Assembly: GCA_026712905.1 (NCBI GenBank)
Contig: JAPOPM010000175.1
Location: 4,419 to 68,418 of the forward strand
Reading direction: 5' to 3'
Source: Deltaproteobacteria bacterium
Lineage (GTDB): Bacteria > Desulfobacterota > Binatia > UBA9968 > JAJDTQ01
DNA length: 64,000 bases
Shown piece after piece: positions 37,253 through 47,010 of the stretch. The position numbers and the translations under genes are program-made. Under the pieces are notes generated by a model. The model saw nothing but the letters and a program-made list of their open reading frames with translations. It did no database searches and was not told the origin of the DNA. The first letter of the stretch is position 1. The number at the start of each line of letters is the position of its first letter.

Positions 37253-37466
37253 GCCACGCTTCCTCGTCCTCGGGAGAGACCCATTCGCTGAGGACTTCGG
37301 AGAGACCCTTCAGGTAGTCGTCCTCTGCCGGAATGACCTTGCGAACCACGACATGATCATCCGCGACCTCGAAAGTGATCAAATCACCCTCCCGGAGGTT
37401 CGCCGCCTGGCGTATCTTCTTGGGAATCGTCGTCTGCCCGCGTGAGGTAATCTTGGCGAGTTCCAT
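37242..37466 (-). CDS. mazE: AbrB/MazE/SpoVT-family antitoxin
   Basis: 74 aa (MELAKITSRGQTTIPKKIRQAANLREGDLITFEV...), the 3' tail of track ORF 37242..38330. The rest of that ORF is antisense to the hydrolase gene. Confidence 0.65.
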   Translation of the reverse strand: MELAKITSRGQTTIPKKIRQAANLREGDLITFEVADDHVVVRKVIPAEDDYLKGLSEVLSEWVSPEDEEAWRDL

Positions 37467-37559
37467 TTGCCTGCCCCCGAACATACAGAATATAAGCAAT
37501 ACAGAATTTCGGTGCAACCACGGGCGAACGGTTCTGAACCACCGCAACGGAGGAACATC

Positions 37560-38375
37560 ATGGCAAACAACGTTGAAGGACCACTCTACTACGAACGCAT
37601 GGGGCGTGAGGGGCCGGTCATGGCCTTCATCCATCCCAACCCCATGGACCAGTCGTGCTGGATCTTCCAGATGGCGCACCTGTCCACCTGGTACCGGTGC
37701 ATCAGCATCGATATCCCGGGGTACGGACGCTCGCCCAAGGGAGCCGAGGGGCTCAGCATGGACGACATGGCCGCGGCGTGCTGGGAGGCGGTGGACGATG
37801 CGCTGCCGGGAGAGACCGCCATCCTCGTGGGCTGCTCCACGGGTTCGGCCATCAGCCCCTTCATGTACCACCAGCGTCCCGACCGCACCGCCGCCATGAT
37901 CCTGACGGGCACGGGCTACACTCACGGCAAGGAGTTCGCGCAGCGGCGCATCGACGCCTACACGGCCTTGGGGGTCGACTACCGCTGGCGTTACACCTTC
38001 GAGGACCTGAGCCCGGCATTCCGCGCGACTCCGCTGGCGCATTTCTTTGCCAACCTGTTCGCGGAACGGAACAAGTTCGCGGACGTGGAGACCATCATCC
38101 ACCAGTTCCGGGCGCTGCAGACGCAGGAACCCGAGGGGCATCACGCGCGCATCGCCTGCCCGGTCATCATCCTCACCGGCAGCGAGGACGGCGCCCATCC
38201 CACCGCCTTCGCGCTGCAGGAGCGTATCCCGGGCTGCGAGCTTAAAGTGCTGCCCGGAGCCGGCCATGCCTGCCAGATCGAACAGCCCTGGCTCTTCGAT
38301 CGCTTCATGATCGAGTTCCTGGACAAGCACGGCCTCTTCTCGGGGGATCCCAAGCCGCTGGCGGCGGGGTTCTGA
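37560..38375 (+). CDS. Alpha/beta hydrolase (paralog 2)
   Basis: MANNVEGPLYYERMGREGPVMAFIHPNPMDQSCWIFQMAHLSTWYRCISIDIPGYGRSPK is near-identical to paralog 1 over long stretches. GGAGGAACATC ribosome-binding site. Confidence 0.75.
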   Translation: MANNVEGPLYYERMGREGPVMAFIHPNPMDQSCWIFQMAHLSTWYRCISIDIPGYGRSPKGAEGLSMDDMAAACWEAVDDALPGETAILVGCSTGSAISPFMYHQRPDRTAAMILTGTGYTHGKEFAQRRIDAYTALGVDYRWRYTFEDLSPAFRATPLAHFFANLFAERNKFADVETIIHQFRALQTQEPEGHHARIACPVIILTGSEDGAHPTAFALQERIPGCELKVLPGAGHACQIEQPWLFDRFMIEFLDKHGLFSGDPKPLAAGF

Positions 38376-38425
38376 GCGGGCGCGGCGTTTGACCGGCGCG
38401 GCCCGCTGCTCTTATTCTGGCGGAC

Positions 38426-39664
38426 ATGTTCCTGTTGGGACCCTATCTGAGACGCGCCCACGCCCGCGCCGAGAAGCGCTGGACGCGGGAGGTGGAGCGG
38501 TGCGTGACGGTGGACCATCTCCGCCAGGTGATGGAGAAGCGTGTACCGCCCATCGTCCGGGAATATTACCGCGGTGGGGCCGACGAGGAGATCACCCTTC
38601 GGGACAACGTCGAGGCCTTCCGGCGGGAACGGTTCAAGCCGAGGTCCGGTGTCCGGCTCGAGTCGGTGGAGATGCGCACCGAGATCCTTGGTCACGAGAT
38701 CGAACTGCCCGTGATCGCCGGACCCATCGGCAGCCCCAGAATGATCTGGCCCATGGGCGAGGCCGTGGCCGCCCGAGCCGTGGGCGAAGCGGGTACCATC
38801 TGCGTGCTCTCGACGCTCACCGGCACCGACCTGGAGGAGGTCCGGGCCGCCACCCAGGGGCCTTGCTGGTTCCAGCTCTACCTCGTCGGCGGTGAGGAAG
38901 TAGCCGCGCGCGGCATCGCCAGGGCCAAGAGCGCCGGCTACTCCGCCATCGTCCTCACCATCGATACCGCGGTGCCCGGAAACCGGGCACACCACGAGTG
39001 GATGGGGGCCTCGCGGGCCATCAACGGGACCCCCGGCCAGAAGCTCAGGTTCGCGCCGCAGATGCTGCGGCACCTCTCCTGGCTCAAGAGCTTCTACGCC
39101 GACGGCGGGATGATGCAGTTCCGCAATGTCATCCTGAAGGACGGCACACCCATGCCGTATACCGACATCGGTACACAACTCCGTGCATCCGCCGTCACCT
39201 GGGAACATATCCCGTGGGTGCGCGAGCACTGGGGCGATGCGCCAATCGTCATCAAGGGCGTCCAATGCGCCGAAGACGCCCGCCTCGCGGTCGAGCACGG
39301 CGCCGACGCCATCGTGGTCTCCAACCACGGAGGCCGGCAACTGGACCGCGTCTACCCCACCCTCTACATGCTGAAAGAGATCGCGCCGGCGCTGAAGGGC
39401 TCCGGTGTGAAGATCCTGCTGGACGGCGGCATCCGATCCGGCGCCGACGCCGTCATCGCCATGGCGCACGGAGCGCACGCCGTGCTCGCGGGACGCGCTT
39501 ACGTCTATGGTCTCGGCGCGGGCGGCCTCGCGGGGGTCCGCAAGGCGTTGTCGATAATGAGAAAGGAGATAGAGGACACCATGCGGCTCCTGGGCTGCGC
39601 TTCCATCCACGAACTGCGGGCGGAAAACCACCTCCTCCCCCATCCCTTCGAAGCCCGTCGTTGA
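38426..39664 (+). CDS. FMN-dependent alpha-hydroxy acid dehydrogenase/oxidase (LldD/glycolate oxidase family)
   Basis: 412 aa; FMN_dh motifs (SNHGGRQLD, GGIRSGADAV). Confidence 0.85.
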   Translation: MFLLGPYLRRAHARAEKRWTREVERCVTVDHLRQVMEKRVPPIVREYYRGGADEEITLRDNVEAFRRERFKPRSGVRLESVEMRTEILGHEIELPVIAGPIGSPRMIWPMGEAVAARAVGEAGTICVLSTLTGTDLEEVRAATQGPCWFQLYLVGGEEVAARGIARAKSAGYSAIVLTIDTAVPGNRAHHEWMGASRAINGTPGQKLRFAPQMLRHLSWLKSFYADGGMMQFRNVILKDGTPMPYTDIGTQLRASAVTWEHIPWVREHWGDAPIVIKGVQCAEDARLAVEHGADAIVVSNHGGRQLDRVYPTLYMLKEIAPALKGSGVKILLDGGIRSGADAVIAMAHGAHAVLAGRAYVYGLGAGGLAGVRKALSIMRKEIEDTMRLLGCASIHELRAENHLLPHPFEARR

Positions 39665-39963
39665 AAACAACCGAGATCGCGCTTCGCGCCATCCTCATTC
39701 CGCGCACGCCATCCGAGGCGGAGCCAATGCGCGAAGCTAACCTCTGTTTCGTGTATGCTCGACTATTTTCGCCAAATGGATCGCCGGTACGGTTCGCGAA
39801 TCGCCAAGAATCTATCAACCGTCCACGCTGCGGGGTTTGCGTCTGTAACAAAAATGTAACACAGTAACCTACGCTTCGTTATATGATCCTGAAACAAATT
39901 CTGTTAGATTCACCCCCATGTCCTCCCGATGGTCAAGGATTAATCAACAGCGGAGTTGGTTCT

Positions 39964-40551
39964 ATGGGTAGACCAAAGGAATTCGACGAACACGAAGCGT
40001 TGATGAAGGCCATGCACCTGTTTTGGGTGCACGGCTACAAGGCCACCTCGATCCAGGACCTCGTAGATGGCATGGGCATAGGGCGCGGAAGCCTCTACGG
40101 GACCTTCGGCGGCAAACGCTCACTCTTCATGCGCGCTCTGCGCCATTACGACAGAACGCGTGAGGAGAACCTGGCACAGCTTGCCGAGGAAATGGATCCC
40201 CGCAAAGCCGTGTTGGCCACGTTCGAAGGGGTCGTGGAGTCCGTGCTGTCCAACGGTGGACGCGACGGCTGCTTCCTCGTCAACACCGCCCTTGAGCTGG
40301 CGGCGCACGACGCGGAGATCGCCTCGGTTGTCGCGAGTGGATTCGCGGATTCGGAAGGCTTCTTCCGCATGATGATCGAGCGCGGCCAAGCCTCCAGGGC
40401 AATCCCTAACAACGTGGATGCCCCTACTACGGCACGGTCGCTGCTGACGCTGTTACTGGGCTTGTTCGTGCTGTCGCGGAGCCGCCCGGAAACGGTGTTG
40501 CTGCGGTCCGTCGTCCAGCAGGCGGACGCATTGATCGACGGCGCCAACTGA
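39964..40551 (+). CDS. TetR/AcrR-family transcriptional regulator
   Basis: HTH near the N-terminus (TSIQDLVDGMGIGRGSLYGTFGGKRSLF). Internal ATG (MGRPKEFDE...) preceded by GGAG. Confidence 0.8.
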   Translation: MGRPKEFDEHEALMKAMHLFWVHGYKATSIQDLVDGMGIGRGSLYGTFGGKRSLFMRALRHYDRTREENLAQLAEEMDPRKAVLATFEGVVESVLSNGGRDGCFLVNTALELAAHDAEIASVVASGFADSEGFFRMMIERGQASRAIPNNVDAPTTARSLLTLLLGLFVLSRSRPETVLLRSVVQQADALIDGAN

Positions 40552-40631
40552 ACGGCCCCACTCCACCGAGAGATCACGCCACCCCGGTCCGGAACCGTTC
40601 CTTCGCTGGACGAGCGGTCGGTCTGCGCTGG

Positions 40632-42518
40632 TCACGACCGCGTGGTCGCGCGCGCCGCTCCCTCCACCAGATCCTCGGGCAAATCGTCGAATGACGTATA
40701 GTTGAGCGCATAGAGCCGCGCGTACAAGCCTTTTCGCGCGATCAGCTCTTGGTGCGTGCCGGTTTCCACGATGCGCCCTTCCTGGAGCACGATGATGCGG
40801 TCCACGTCGCGCACGGTGGCAAGCCGGTGGGCGATGACGATGCCGGTGCGCCCTTCCAGGAGCGCGGTCAGGCCGATCTGGATCTGCCGTTCGGTGTAGG
40901 AATCGATGTTGGCGGTGGCCTCGTCCAGCACGAGCACCCGGGCGTCGGCCACCAGGGCGCGGGCAAAGCTCAGGAGCTGGCGCTGTCCCAACGACAGGTT
41001 CCCCCCTCCCTGCTCCAGCATGGTGTCATAGCCGTCGGGCCAGCGCATGATGAAATCATGGGCGCCGACGATCCGGGCCGCCCGCTCGACATCCCGGTCG
41101 GTGGCGCCGGTGGTGCGAAAGCGGATGTTCTCCCGGATCGTACCGGTAAACAGGAACGGGTCCTGCAGCACCATGGCGATGTGCCCGCCCAGGGACGCCG
41201 CCGCGTAGTCGCGCACGTCTCGCCCGTCGAGCAGGATGGCCCCCTCCCACACGTCGTAGAAGCGGTGCAGCAGCGCCGTGGTGCTGGTCTTGCCGGAACC
41301 GGTGGGGCCCACCAGCGCCACGGTCTCCCCAGGCTCGATGGTGAAGTTGATGTCCTTGAGCACCGGCTGGTTCTTCTCGTAGCCGAAGGTAACGCCGCGG
41401 AACTCGATGCGGCCCTCGACATCATCCGGCGCGATGGCGTCGGGCCGGTCGTTGATGGCCAGCGGCACGTCCAGCACCTCGAAGATGCGCTGGCCCGAGG
41501 CCATGGCCCGCTGCATCACGCTGTACTGGATGGTGAGGGAGCGGATCGGGTCGAAGAACCGCTGCACGTAGAACAGGAAGGCGACCATCACGCCGATGTC
41601 CAGAGAGTCGCTGAGCACCTGCGCGCCGCCCACGACGATCACCACACCCCATGCCGCGCCGGTGAGGGTGTCGACGATGGGCACCATGACCTGGGCATAC
41701 TGCGCCGAACGCAGGTGCGCGTCCAGGTTTTCCGTGGCCTTCTCGTCGTAGAGCTCGAAGTTGACCGCCTCGCGCCGCATCCCCTGGACCGTGCGCACCG
41801 CGTGAATGCCCTCGGCCAGGGCGCCGTTGGCGATGGAGCTGGTCTCCCGGGCGCGGCGGAAGGCGGCGCGCGCCCGCGGCAGCCACACCAGCCGGACGAA
41901 GAACAGCACGGGAACCACCGACAGCGTCAGCAGCCCGAGCTGGAAGTCGAGCCACAGCATGATGGCGACGATGCCGAAGAGCAGCACGAGATCGCCCAGC
42001 GCGGTGATGGAGTTCTCCAGAAACTCCTGCAGCGAGTACACGTCGCCCTGAAGGCGCGACATCATGCGGCCCACCTCGGTCTTGTCCATGAAGGCCATGG
42101 CGACGTACTGGAGGTGGACGAACATGGCCCGGCGCAGGTCGAAGATGACCTCCTCCCCGGTGCGGCTCACGATCCAGTCCTGGACGAAACTGGCGCCGTA
42201 GTTGAGCAGGATCGCCGCGAAGAAGGCCAGCACGACCAGCGACAGGAGAGAAGCGTCCCCACCCGCGGGAATGATGGCATGGTCGATGGCGTGGCGGATG
42301 ATCAGGGGAATCGCCAACTGCGCGCCGGTGAAGAGCAGCAGCGCGACGATGGCGGTATAGAGATGCCGCCGGTAGGGGTAGACGTAGGCAAAAAAGCGCC
42401 GGATGACGTGCCGGTCGAAGGCGGCGCCGAACATCTCCTCGTCGCGGCTGATCTGCGAGCCCACCACGGCCCGCGGCGGACGATCCCGTCCGGCCCACGC
42501 CTTGGCCGCCGGCGTCAC
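40632..42518 (-). CDS. ABC transporter ATP-binding/permease protein (type I exporter half, MdlB-like)
   Basis: 6 TM helices plus NBD with Walker A GPTGSGKT, signature LSLGQRQ and Walker B VLVLDEAT. GTGA overlap with the upstream partner. Confidence 0.85.
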   Translation of the reverse strand: MTPAAKAWAGRDRPPRAVVGSQISRDEEMFGAAFDRHVIRRFFAYVYPYRRHLYTAIVALLLFTGAQLAIPLIIRHAIDHAIIPAGGDASLLSLVVLAFFAAILLNYGASFVQDWIVSRTGEEVIFDLRRAMFVHLQYVAMAFMDKTEVGRMMSRLQGDVYSLQEFLENSITALGDLVLLFGIVAIMLWLDFQLGLLTLSVVPVLFFVRLVWLPRARAAFRRARETSSIANGALAEGIHAVRTVQGMRREAVNFELYDEKATENLDAHLRSAQYAQVMVPIVDTLTGAAWGVVIVVGGAQVLSDSLDIGVMVAFLFYVQRFFDPIRSLTIQYSVMQRAMASGQRIFEVLDVPLAINDRPDAIAPDDVEGRIEFRGVTFGYEKNQPVLKDINFTIEPGETVALVGPTGSGKTSTTALLHRFYDVWEGAILLDGRDVRDYAAASLGGHIAMVLQDPFLFTGTIRENIRFRTTGATDRDVERAARIVGAHDFIMRWPDGYDTMLEQGGGNLSLGQRQLLSFARALVADARVLVLDEATANIDSYTERQIQIGLTALLEGRTGIVIAHRLATVRDVDRIIVLQEGRIVETGTHQELIARKGLYARLYALNYTSFDDLPEDLVEGAARATTRS

Positions 42519-44464
42519 GCGCCGGCTCCCTTCCGCACCCCGGCTTCGGCCGCGAGATCGACGATGTCCTGGAGGGGACCGTCGAGCGTCTGAAGGGCGA
42601 ACAGCGCGGCGTACCGGCCGCGCAGAGCCACCAACTCATCGTGGGTGCCGCGTTCCATGATCTTTCCGTTCTCGACGAAAAGGATCTCGTCGGCATGACG
42701 CAGCGCGCCGAGACGGTGCGAGACGATCAGCGTCGCGCAGTTGGCGGTGTGTTCTCCGAGCGCTTCGCGAATGCGCTGCTCGGTGCCCGCGTCGATGGCC
42801 GCCATGGAATCGTCGAGCACGAGCACCGCGGGACGCAGCATGGCGGTGCGCGCGATGGCCACACGTTGCTTCTGGCCACCGGAGAGCGACACGCCGCGTT
42901 CTCCCACCAACGTCTCGTACCGCTCCGGCAACTGGTGGATGAACCCATCGATCTGAGCGGTGGCGGCGGATCCCTCGATGGCCGCGTCATCCGCCCACGG
43001 GTCGCCGTAGGCGATGTTGTTTTCCAGCGACGAGGTGAACAGGAACGGGTCCTGCTGCACCACGCGCATGGCCCGGCGCAGGGACTCGAGGGTAACGTCG
43101 CGGATATCCTGGCCGTCCACGGTGATGCGCCCGCCGGTGACGTCGTAGTAGCGCGGCAGCAGGTGCGCGATGGTGGACTTGCCGCTTCCGGGGGGACCGA
43201 CGATGCCCAGGGTCTTGCCCCGTTCCACCCGGAACGAGACTCCCTCCAGGATCGGCGGCGAACCCTCCCCGGGGTAGGCAAAGGAGACGTCCTCGAACTC
43301 CAGCACTCCGTCGGTGACCTCCAGGGGCTTGGCGTCCTCGCCGTCCCGGATCGGCGCCTCGAGATCCAGCACCGCGAACAGCCGCGAGCCGCAGGTGGAC
43401 GCGCGCGCGAACGCGTTCACCACCATGCCGAGCTGGCGCACCGGCTGCTGGAGAATGGTCATGAAGGTGAGAAACTCGGTCAGCGTGCCCACGGTCATGT
43501 CGCCGTTGATGACGCGCGATCCGCCCATCCACAGCACCAGTCCCATGGCCGCGAAAAACGCGAAGTTCATGACGGTGGTGGAGGAGACCCGCGTGCGGAT
43601 GCGCCGTTCAGCCAGTGCCAGCGCGTGGTCCGAGGCGTCCTGGTACTTGTCCAGCTCGTAGGGCTCGGCGCCGAAGGCGCGCACCACCCGGATGCCGGTG
43701 AGGTTCTCGTCCATGATGCGGCCCAACACCCCCATCCGCTCCTGCAGCGCGAACCACATCTCGCGCAGCCGCAGCCGAACGGTGGTGGAGCGCCAGGCCA
43801 CGAACGGCACGAAGCTCAGGCTCAGGAACCCGAGGAACACGTCCGTGGACAGCAGCCGGTAGGCGCCCACGCCGACCAGGATCATGAACAGCAAGACCCG
43901 CAGCACCCCCATGTTCATGAAGGACCGCACCCCTTCCAGGTCGAGCATGCCCCGGGTGATCAACTCGCCCGTGTGCACGCGGTCGTGGAAGGAGAAGTTC
44001 AGGTACTGGAGCCTGTCGTAGAAGGCCATCCGGAGCCGGTAGGCGAGGTGGTGGCCCAGGGTCTCGCCACAGTAGTTGTGGGTGAGGGTGAAGAGGCCGC
44101 GCAGGGTCGAGACCCCGAGCAGTATCCATGCGGTGCCGTAGAGATAATCGAGCGCCGCCTCGTTCGACACCGATCCGGTCTCCAGCAACCCGACGGCGCC
44201 GTCGACGGCGTCCCCGAGGTACTGGGGGATCATGAGCTGGAAGGTGGCCGCGATGACGATGGCCACCGCGCCCAGGACAAGCCGGAACCGCTGCTGCGCC
44301 GCGAGCTTGAAGATACGCCACAAGACCGCGAGGTCTTCGGTGGCGTCGCGGTCCTTGTCGATGTCCATGCCGGCGTACGCACGGGCGTACACCTTCTTTT
44401 CGGGCGGCCGGTCGGCGCCGTTGCCGGATGCCGCCCCGTTGGCCTTGCTGTCCATCGTGTTCAT
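42515..44464 (-). CDS. ABC transporter ATP-binding/permease protein (type I exporter half, MdlA-like)
   Basis: TM domain plus NBD (GPPGSGKS, LSGGQKQR, VLVLDDS). Forms a heterodimeric exporter with 40632..42518. Confidence 0.85.
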   Translation of the reverse strand: MNTMDSKANGAASGNGADRPPEKKVYARAYAGMDIDKDRDATEDLAVLWRIFKLAAQQRFRLVLGAVAIVIAATFQLMIPQYLGDAVDGAVGLLETGSVSNEAALDYLYGTAWILLGVSTLRGLFTLTHNYCGETLGHHLAYRLRMAFYDRLQYLNFSFHDRVHTGELITRGMLDLEGVRSFMNMGVLRVLLFMILVGVGAYRLLSTDVFLGFLSLSFVPFVAWRSTTVRLRLREMWFALQERMGVLGRIMDENLTGIRVVRAFGAEPYELDKYQDASDHALALAERRIRTRVSSTTVMNFAFFAAMGLVLWMGGSRVINGDMTVGTLTEFLTFMTILQQPVRQLGMVVNAFARASTCGSRLFAVLDLEAPIRDGEDAKPLEVTDGVLEFEDVSFAYPGEGSPPILEGVSFRVERGKTLGIVGPPGSGKSTIAHLLPRYYDVTGGRITVDGQDIRDVTLESLRRAMRVVQQDPFLFTSSLENNIAYGDPWADDAAIEGSAATAQIDGFIHQLPERYETLVGERGVSLSGGQKQRVAIARTAMLRPAVLVLDDSMAAIDAGTEQRIREALGEHTANCATLIVSHRLGALRHADEILFVENGKIMERGTHDELVALRGRYAALFALQTLDGPLQDIVDLAAEAGVRKGAGA

Positions 44465-44586
44465 TTGTGAAGACGCCGCGCGCGGGTTCTCTCCTCCGAA
44501 ACCCGCGACGACGCCGGTGTCCGTTCAGACGTTATTCAAGATAGTTCCTGCGCGTGCCGCGGTCAAACCGTTCGTTTCCGGAAGGG

Positions 44587-45402
44587 CTAAAGGAAACGGT
44601 CCACCACCATCATCACCACCGCGAGCACGACCACGCCCACCACCACCGCCTGGAGCCGTCGCGGCTCCAGGCGCTTGCACAGGGCGGCGCCGTAGTGAAC
44701 CCCCGGGAACGACCCCACGGACATGAACGCGGCCGCGGCGAGATCCACGTCCTGCGCGCCCTGTCCCCGGCCGATGAGGGCGTAGAGCGTGGACATGACC
44801 GTCATCAGCAGCACCGCGACGAAGATCGACGTGCCCACGTAACGCGACGTCTCCCGGTAGAACAGCAGCAGCGACGGAATGATCAGGATGCCTCCTCCGA
44901 CCGAGGTCATGCCCATCACGGCCCCCACGAGGAAAAGGCACGGGAACTTCACCACCGCGCCGCGCCGGGAGGAGAGGAAACGCGTGTCCAACCGATTGTA
45001 ATCGAAGAGCAGCGCCACCAGCGCAAAGCTGATGGACGCCATCACCATGTAGCTGACGATCTCCTGGAGCATCTCGACCCCGCTCGGAGGGAGCGAGACG
45101 CGGCTCCACTTTACCGCCAGGGCACCCAGCAGCACCCCGGGCACGGCCGCCAGGAAGAACCGGATGCCCACGTCGAGGTTCAAGGTCCCCTGCCGGTAGT
45201 GCCGGATGCCGGCCCAGATCTTGGTGAGAACGCCGTAAAGCCCGGCGGTCCCCACCGCCGCGATGGGCTCCAGCTTGATGACCAGCAGCAGGAAGGGAAC
45301 CGTCAGCACCCCGCCGCCGATGCCCGTCAGCCCGATGAGGAAGCCCAACACCAAGCCGGAGAGGAGGAGCAGGATGAGGTCGGAGAGGATGATATCGGGC
45401 AT
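44587..45402 (-). CDS. Sulfite exporter TauE/SafE-family membrane protein
   Basis: GIGGGVLTVPFLL and VGGGILIIPSLL duplicated motifs. ATG at 45400-45402; the track start is GTG. Confidence 0.75.
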   Translation of the reverse strand: MPDIILSDLILLLLSGLVLGFLIGLTGIGGGVLTVPFLLLVIKLEPIAAVGTAGLYGVLTKIWAGIRHYRQGTLNLDVGIRFFLAAVPGVLLGALAVKWSRVSLPPSGVEMLQEIVSYMVMASISFALVALLFDYNRLDTRFLSSRRGAVVKFPCLFLVGAVMGMTSVGGGILIIPSLLLFYRETSRYVGTSIFVAVLLMTVMSTLYALIGRGQGAQDVDLAAAAFMSVGSFPGVHYGAALCKRLEPRRLQAVVVGVVVLAVVMMVVDRFL

Positions 45403-45614
45403 GGTGGTTTGTCGCACGCCTCAACGAAACCCACGGACCAATCGGCAGGGTTGATGTCGTCGGGAGCGGGATCGGGGGGTGGGATACCTTCCAGTCTTAG
45501 CGCATGCGCCTCGGTCGTGTCCAGGACAACCGGTCAACAGACCAGCACGGCGAAACCGCATGTTGACAGGTTCCACCGGCAAGGGTACGAACTGCCCAGA
45601 ACGCGGGCCGGCCC

Positions 45615-46619
45615 ATGGATTACGGAGTATTCGACCATCTCGACCGCGGCGACATGCCGCTGACGGACTACTACGAGGCGCGTCTCAGGCTCGTGGAGGC
45701 GTACGACCGGGAGGGGTTCTACGCCTACCACCTGGCGGAACACCACTCGACGCCGCTCGGCATGGCGCCGTCGCCGAGCGTCTTCCTCGCCGCGGTGGCG
45801 CAACGCACCCGGCGGCTCCGCTTCGGCCCCATGGTCTACGCGCTGCCCCTGTACCATCCCATCCGGCTGATCGAGGAAATCTGCATGCTCGACCAGATGA
45901 GCGGAGGGCGGCTGGACATCGGCTTCGGGCGCGGCGCCTCGCCCATCGAGCTGGCGGCGTACGGCCAGGACCCGAAGCAGGCCCAGCGCATCTACGCGGA
46001 GGGCCTCGACCTCATCCTCCAGGGACTCACTCAAAAGACTCTCGACTTCGCCGGAGAATTCTTCAACTTCAGGGACGTGCCCATGGAGCTGCAACCGTTG
46101 CAGCAGCCCCACCCGCCGCTGTGGTACGGCGTCCACTCCCTGGAAAGCGCCGAACGGGCCGCCCGCCGGCGACTCCACATCGTCAGCCTGGACCCGCCGG
46201 AGCCGACACGCACCTTCACCGACCTGTTCCGCGAGGTCTGGAACGAGGTTCACGGGAACGGCGCGGACCTGCCCAAGATCGGGTTGGGCCGCTTCATCGT
46301 GGTGGCCGACGACGACGAAACCGCCCTGCGCATCGCGCGCCGCGCCTACCCCGTCTGGCACCGGAGCTTCACCTACCTGTTCCGCCTCCGGGGCAGCTCC
46401 CCCACCCACCCGCGCCCGCCCGACTTCGACGGCGCCGTCGCTTCCGGCCAAGGCGTCGCCGGCGGCCCGGAGACAGTGAAGACCTTGCTCCGCGCGCAAC
46501 TCCAGAGCGCCGGCGCCAACTACTTCATCGGCCAGTTCGCATTCGGCGACATCTCCCTCGACGAAGCCCTCCGGTCCGTGGGACTCTTCGCCGAGCACGT
46601 CGCGCCGGGCCTGGACTGA
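45615..46619 (+). CDS. LLM-class flavin-dependent oxidoreductase (luciferase-like monooxygenase)
   Basis: 334 aa; Bac_luciferase-like TIM-barrel motifs. Confidence 0.75.
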   Translation: MDYGVFDHLDRGDMPLTDYYEARLRLVEAYDREGFYAYHLAEHHSTPLGMAPSPSVFLAAVAQRTRRLRFGPMVYALPLYHPIRLIEEICMLDQMSGGRLDIGFGRGASPIELAAYGQDPKQAQRIYAEGLDLILQGLTQKTLDFAGEFFNFRDVPMELQPLQQPHPPLWYGVHSLESAERAARRRLHIVSLDPPEPTRTFTDLFREVWNEVHGNGADLPKIGLGRFIVVADDDETALRIARRAYPVWHRSFTYLFRLRGSSPTHPRPPDFDGAVASGQGVAGGPETVKTLLRAQLQSAGANYFIGQFAFGDISLDEALRSVGLFAEHVAPGLD

Positions 46620-46674
46620 CCAAGGACACCGGACCAGCGGAAGCGGTTGCGTCGAACAGAAAACGGCCGGACGC

Positions 46675-47000
46675 CCTATACGTCATTCCCGCGAAACAGG
46701 CTGTGTCAACAACTCCATCCGAGAGAGGCACCCACGCCCCCAAATCGTCATTCCCGCGGAAGCGGCTGTGTCAAAACGTCGTCCGGACAAGAGTTGGCGC
46801 CAACCCCCCGAATCGTCATTCCCGCGGAAGCGGGAATCCAGGGGCGGGGAGGGGCTGAAACGAGCCTGTTTCCCCGCCTCACCCCTCCTGGATTCCCGCG
46901 TCCGCGGGAATGACGATTTGGGGGCGTGGGTGCCTATTCTCATCCAACCGGAGTTTTGACACAGTCCGGGAAGCGGGAATCCAGGGGCGGGGCGGTGAGC
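46675..47000. repeat. Composite REP/MITE-like repeat cluster, copy D (about 325 bp; three core units plus tgtcaaaac modules)
   Basis: Three copies of gtcattcccgcg[ga]a[ga]c, with a full gtcattcccgcggaagcgggaatccaggggcgggg ... ccctcctggattcccgcgtccgcgggaatgacg inverted pair. Confidence 0.8.
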
Positions 47001-47010
47001 GGCGTCTCCT

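Noticed and set aside
37242-38330. 362-aa minus-strand ORF
   Set aside because: Only the last 74 codons (the MazE-like antitoxin) are credible; the rest is antisense to alpha/beta hydrolase paralog 2.
38141-39670. 509-aa minus-strand ORF
   Set aside because: Antisense to the strongly supported LldD-like FMN dehydrogenase on the plus strand.
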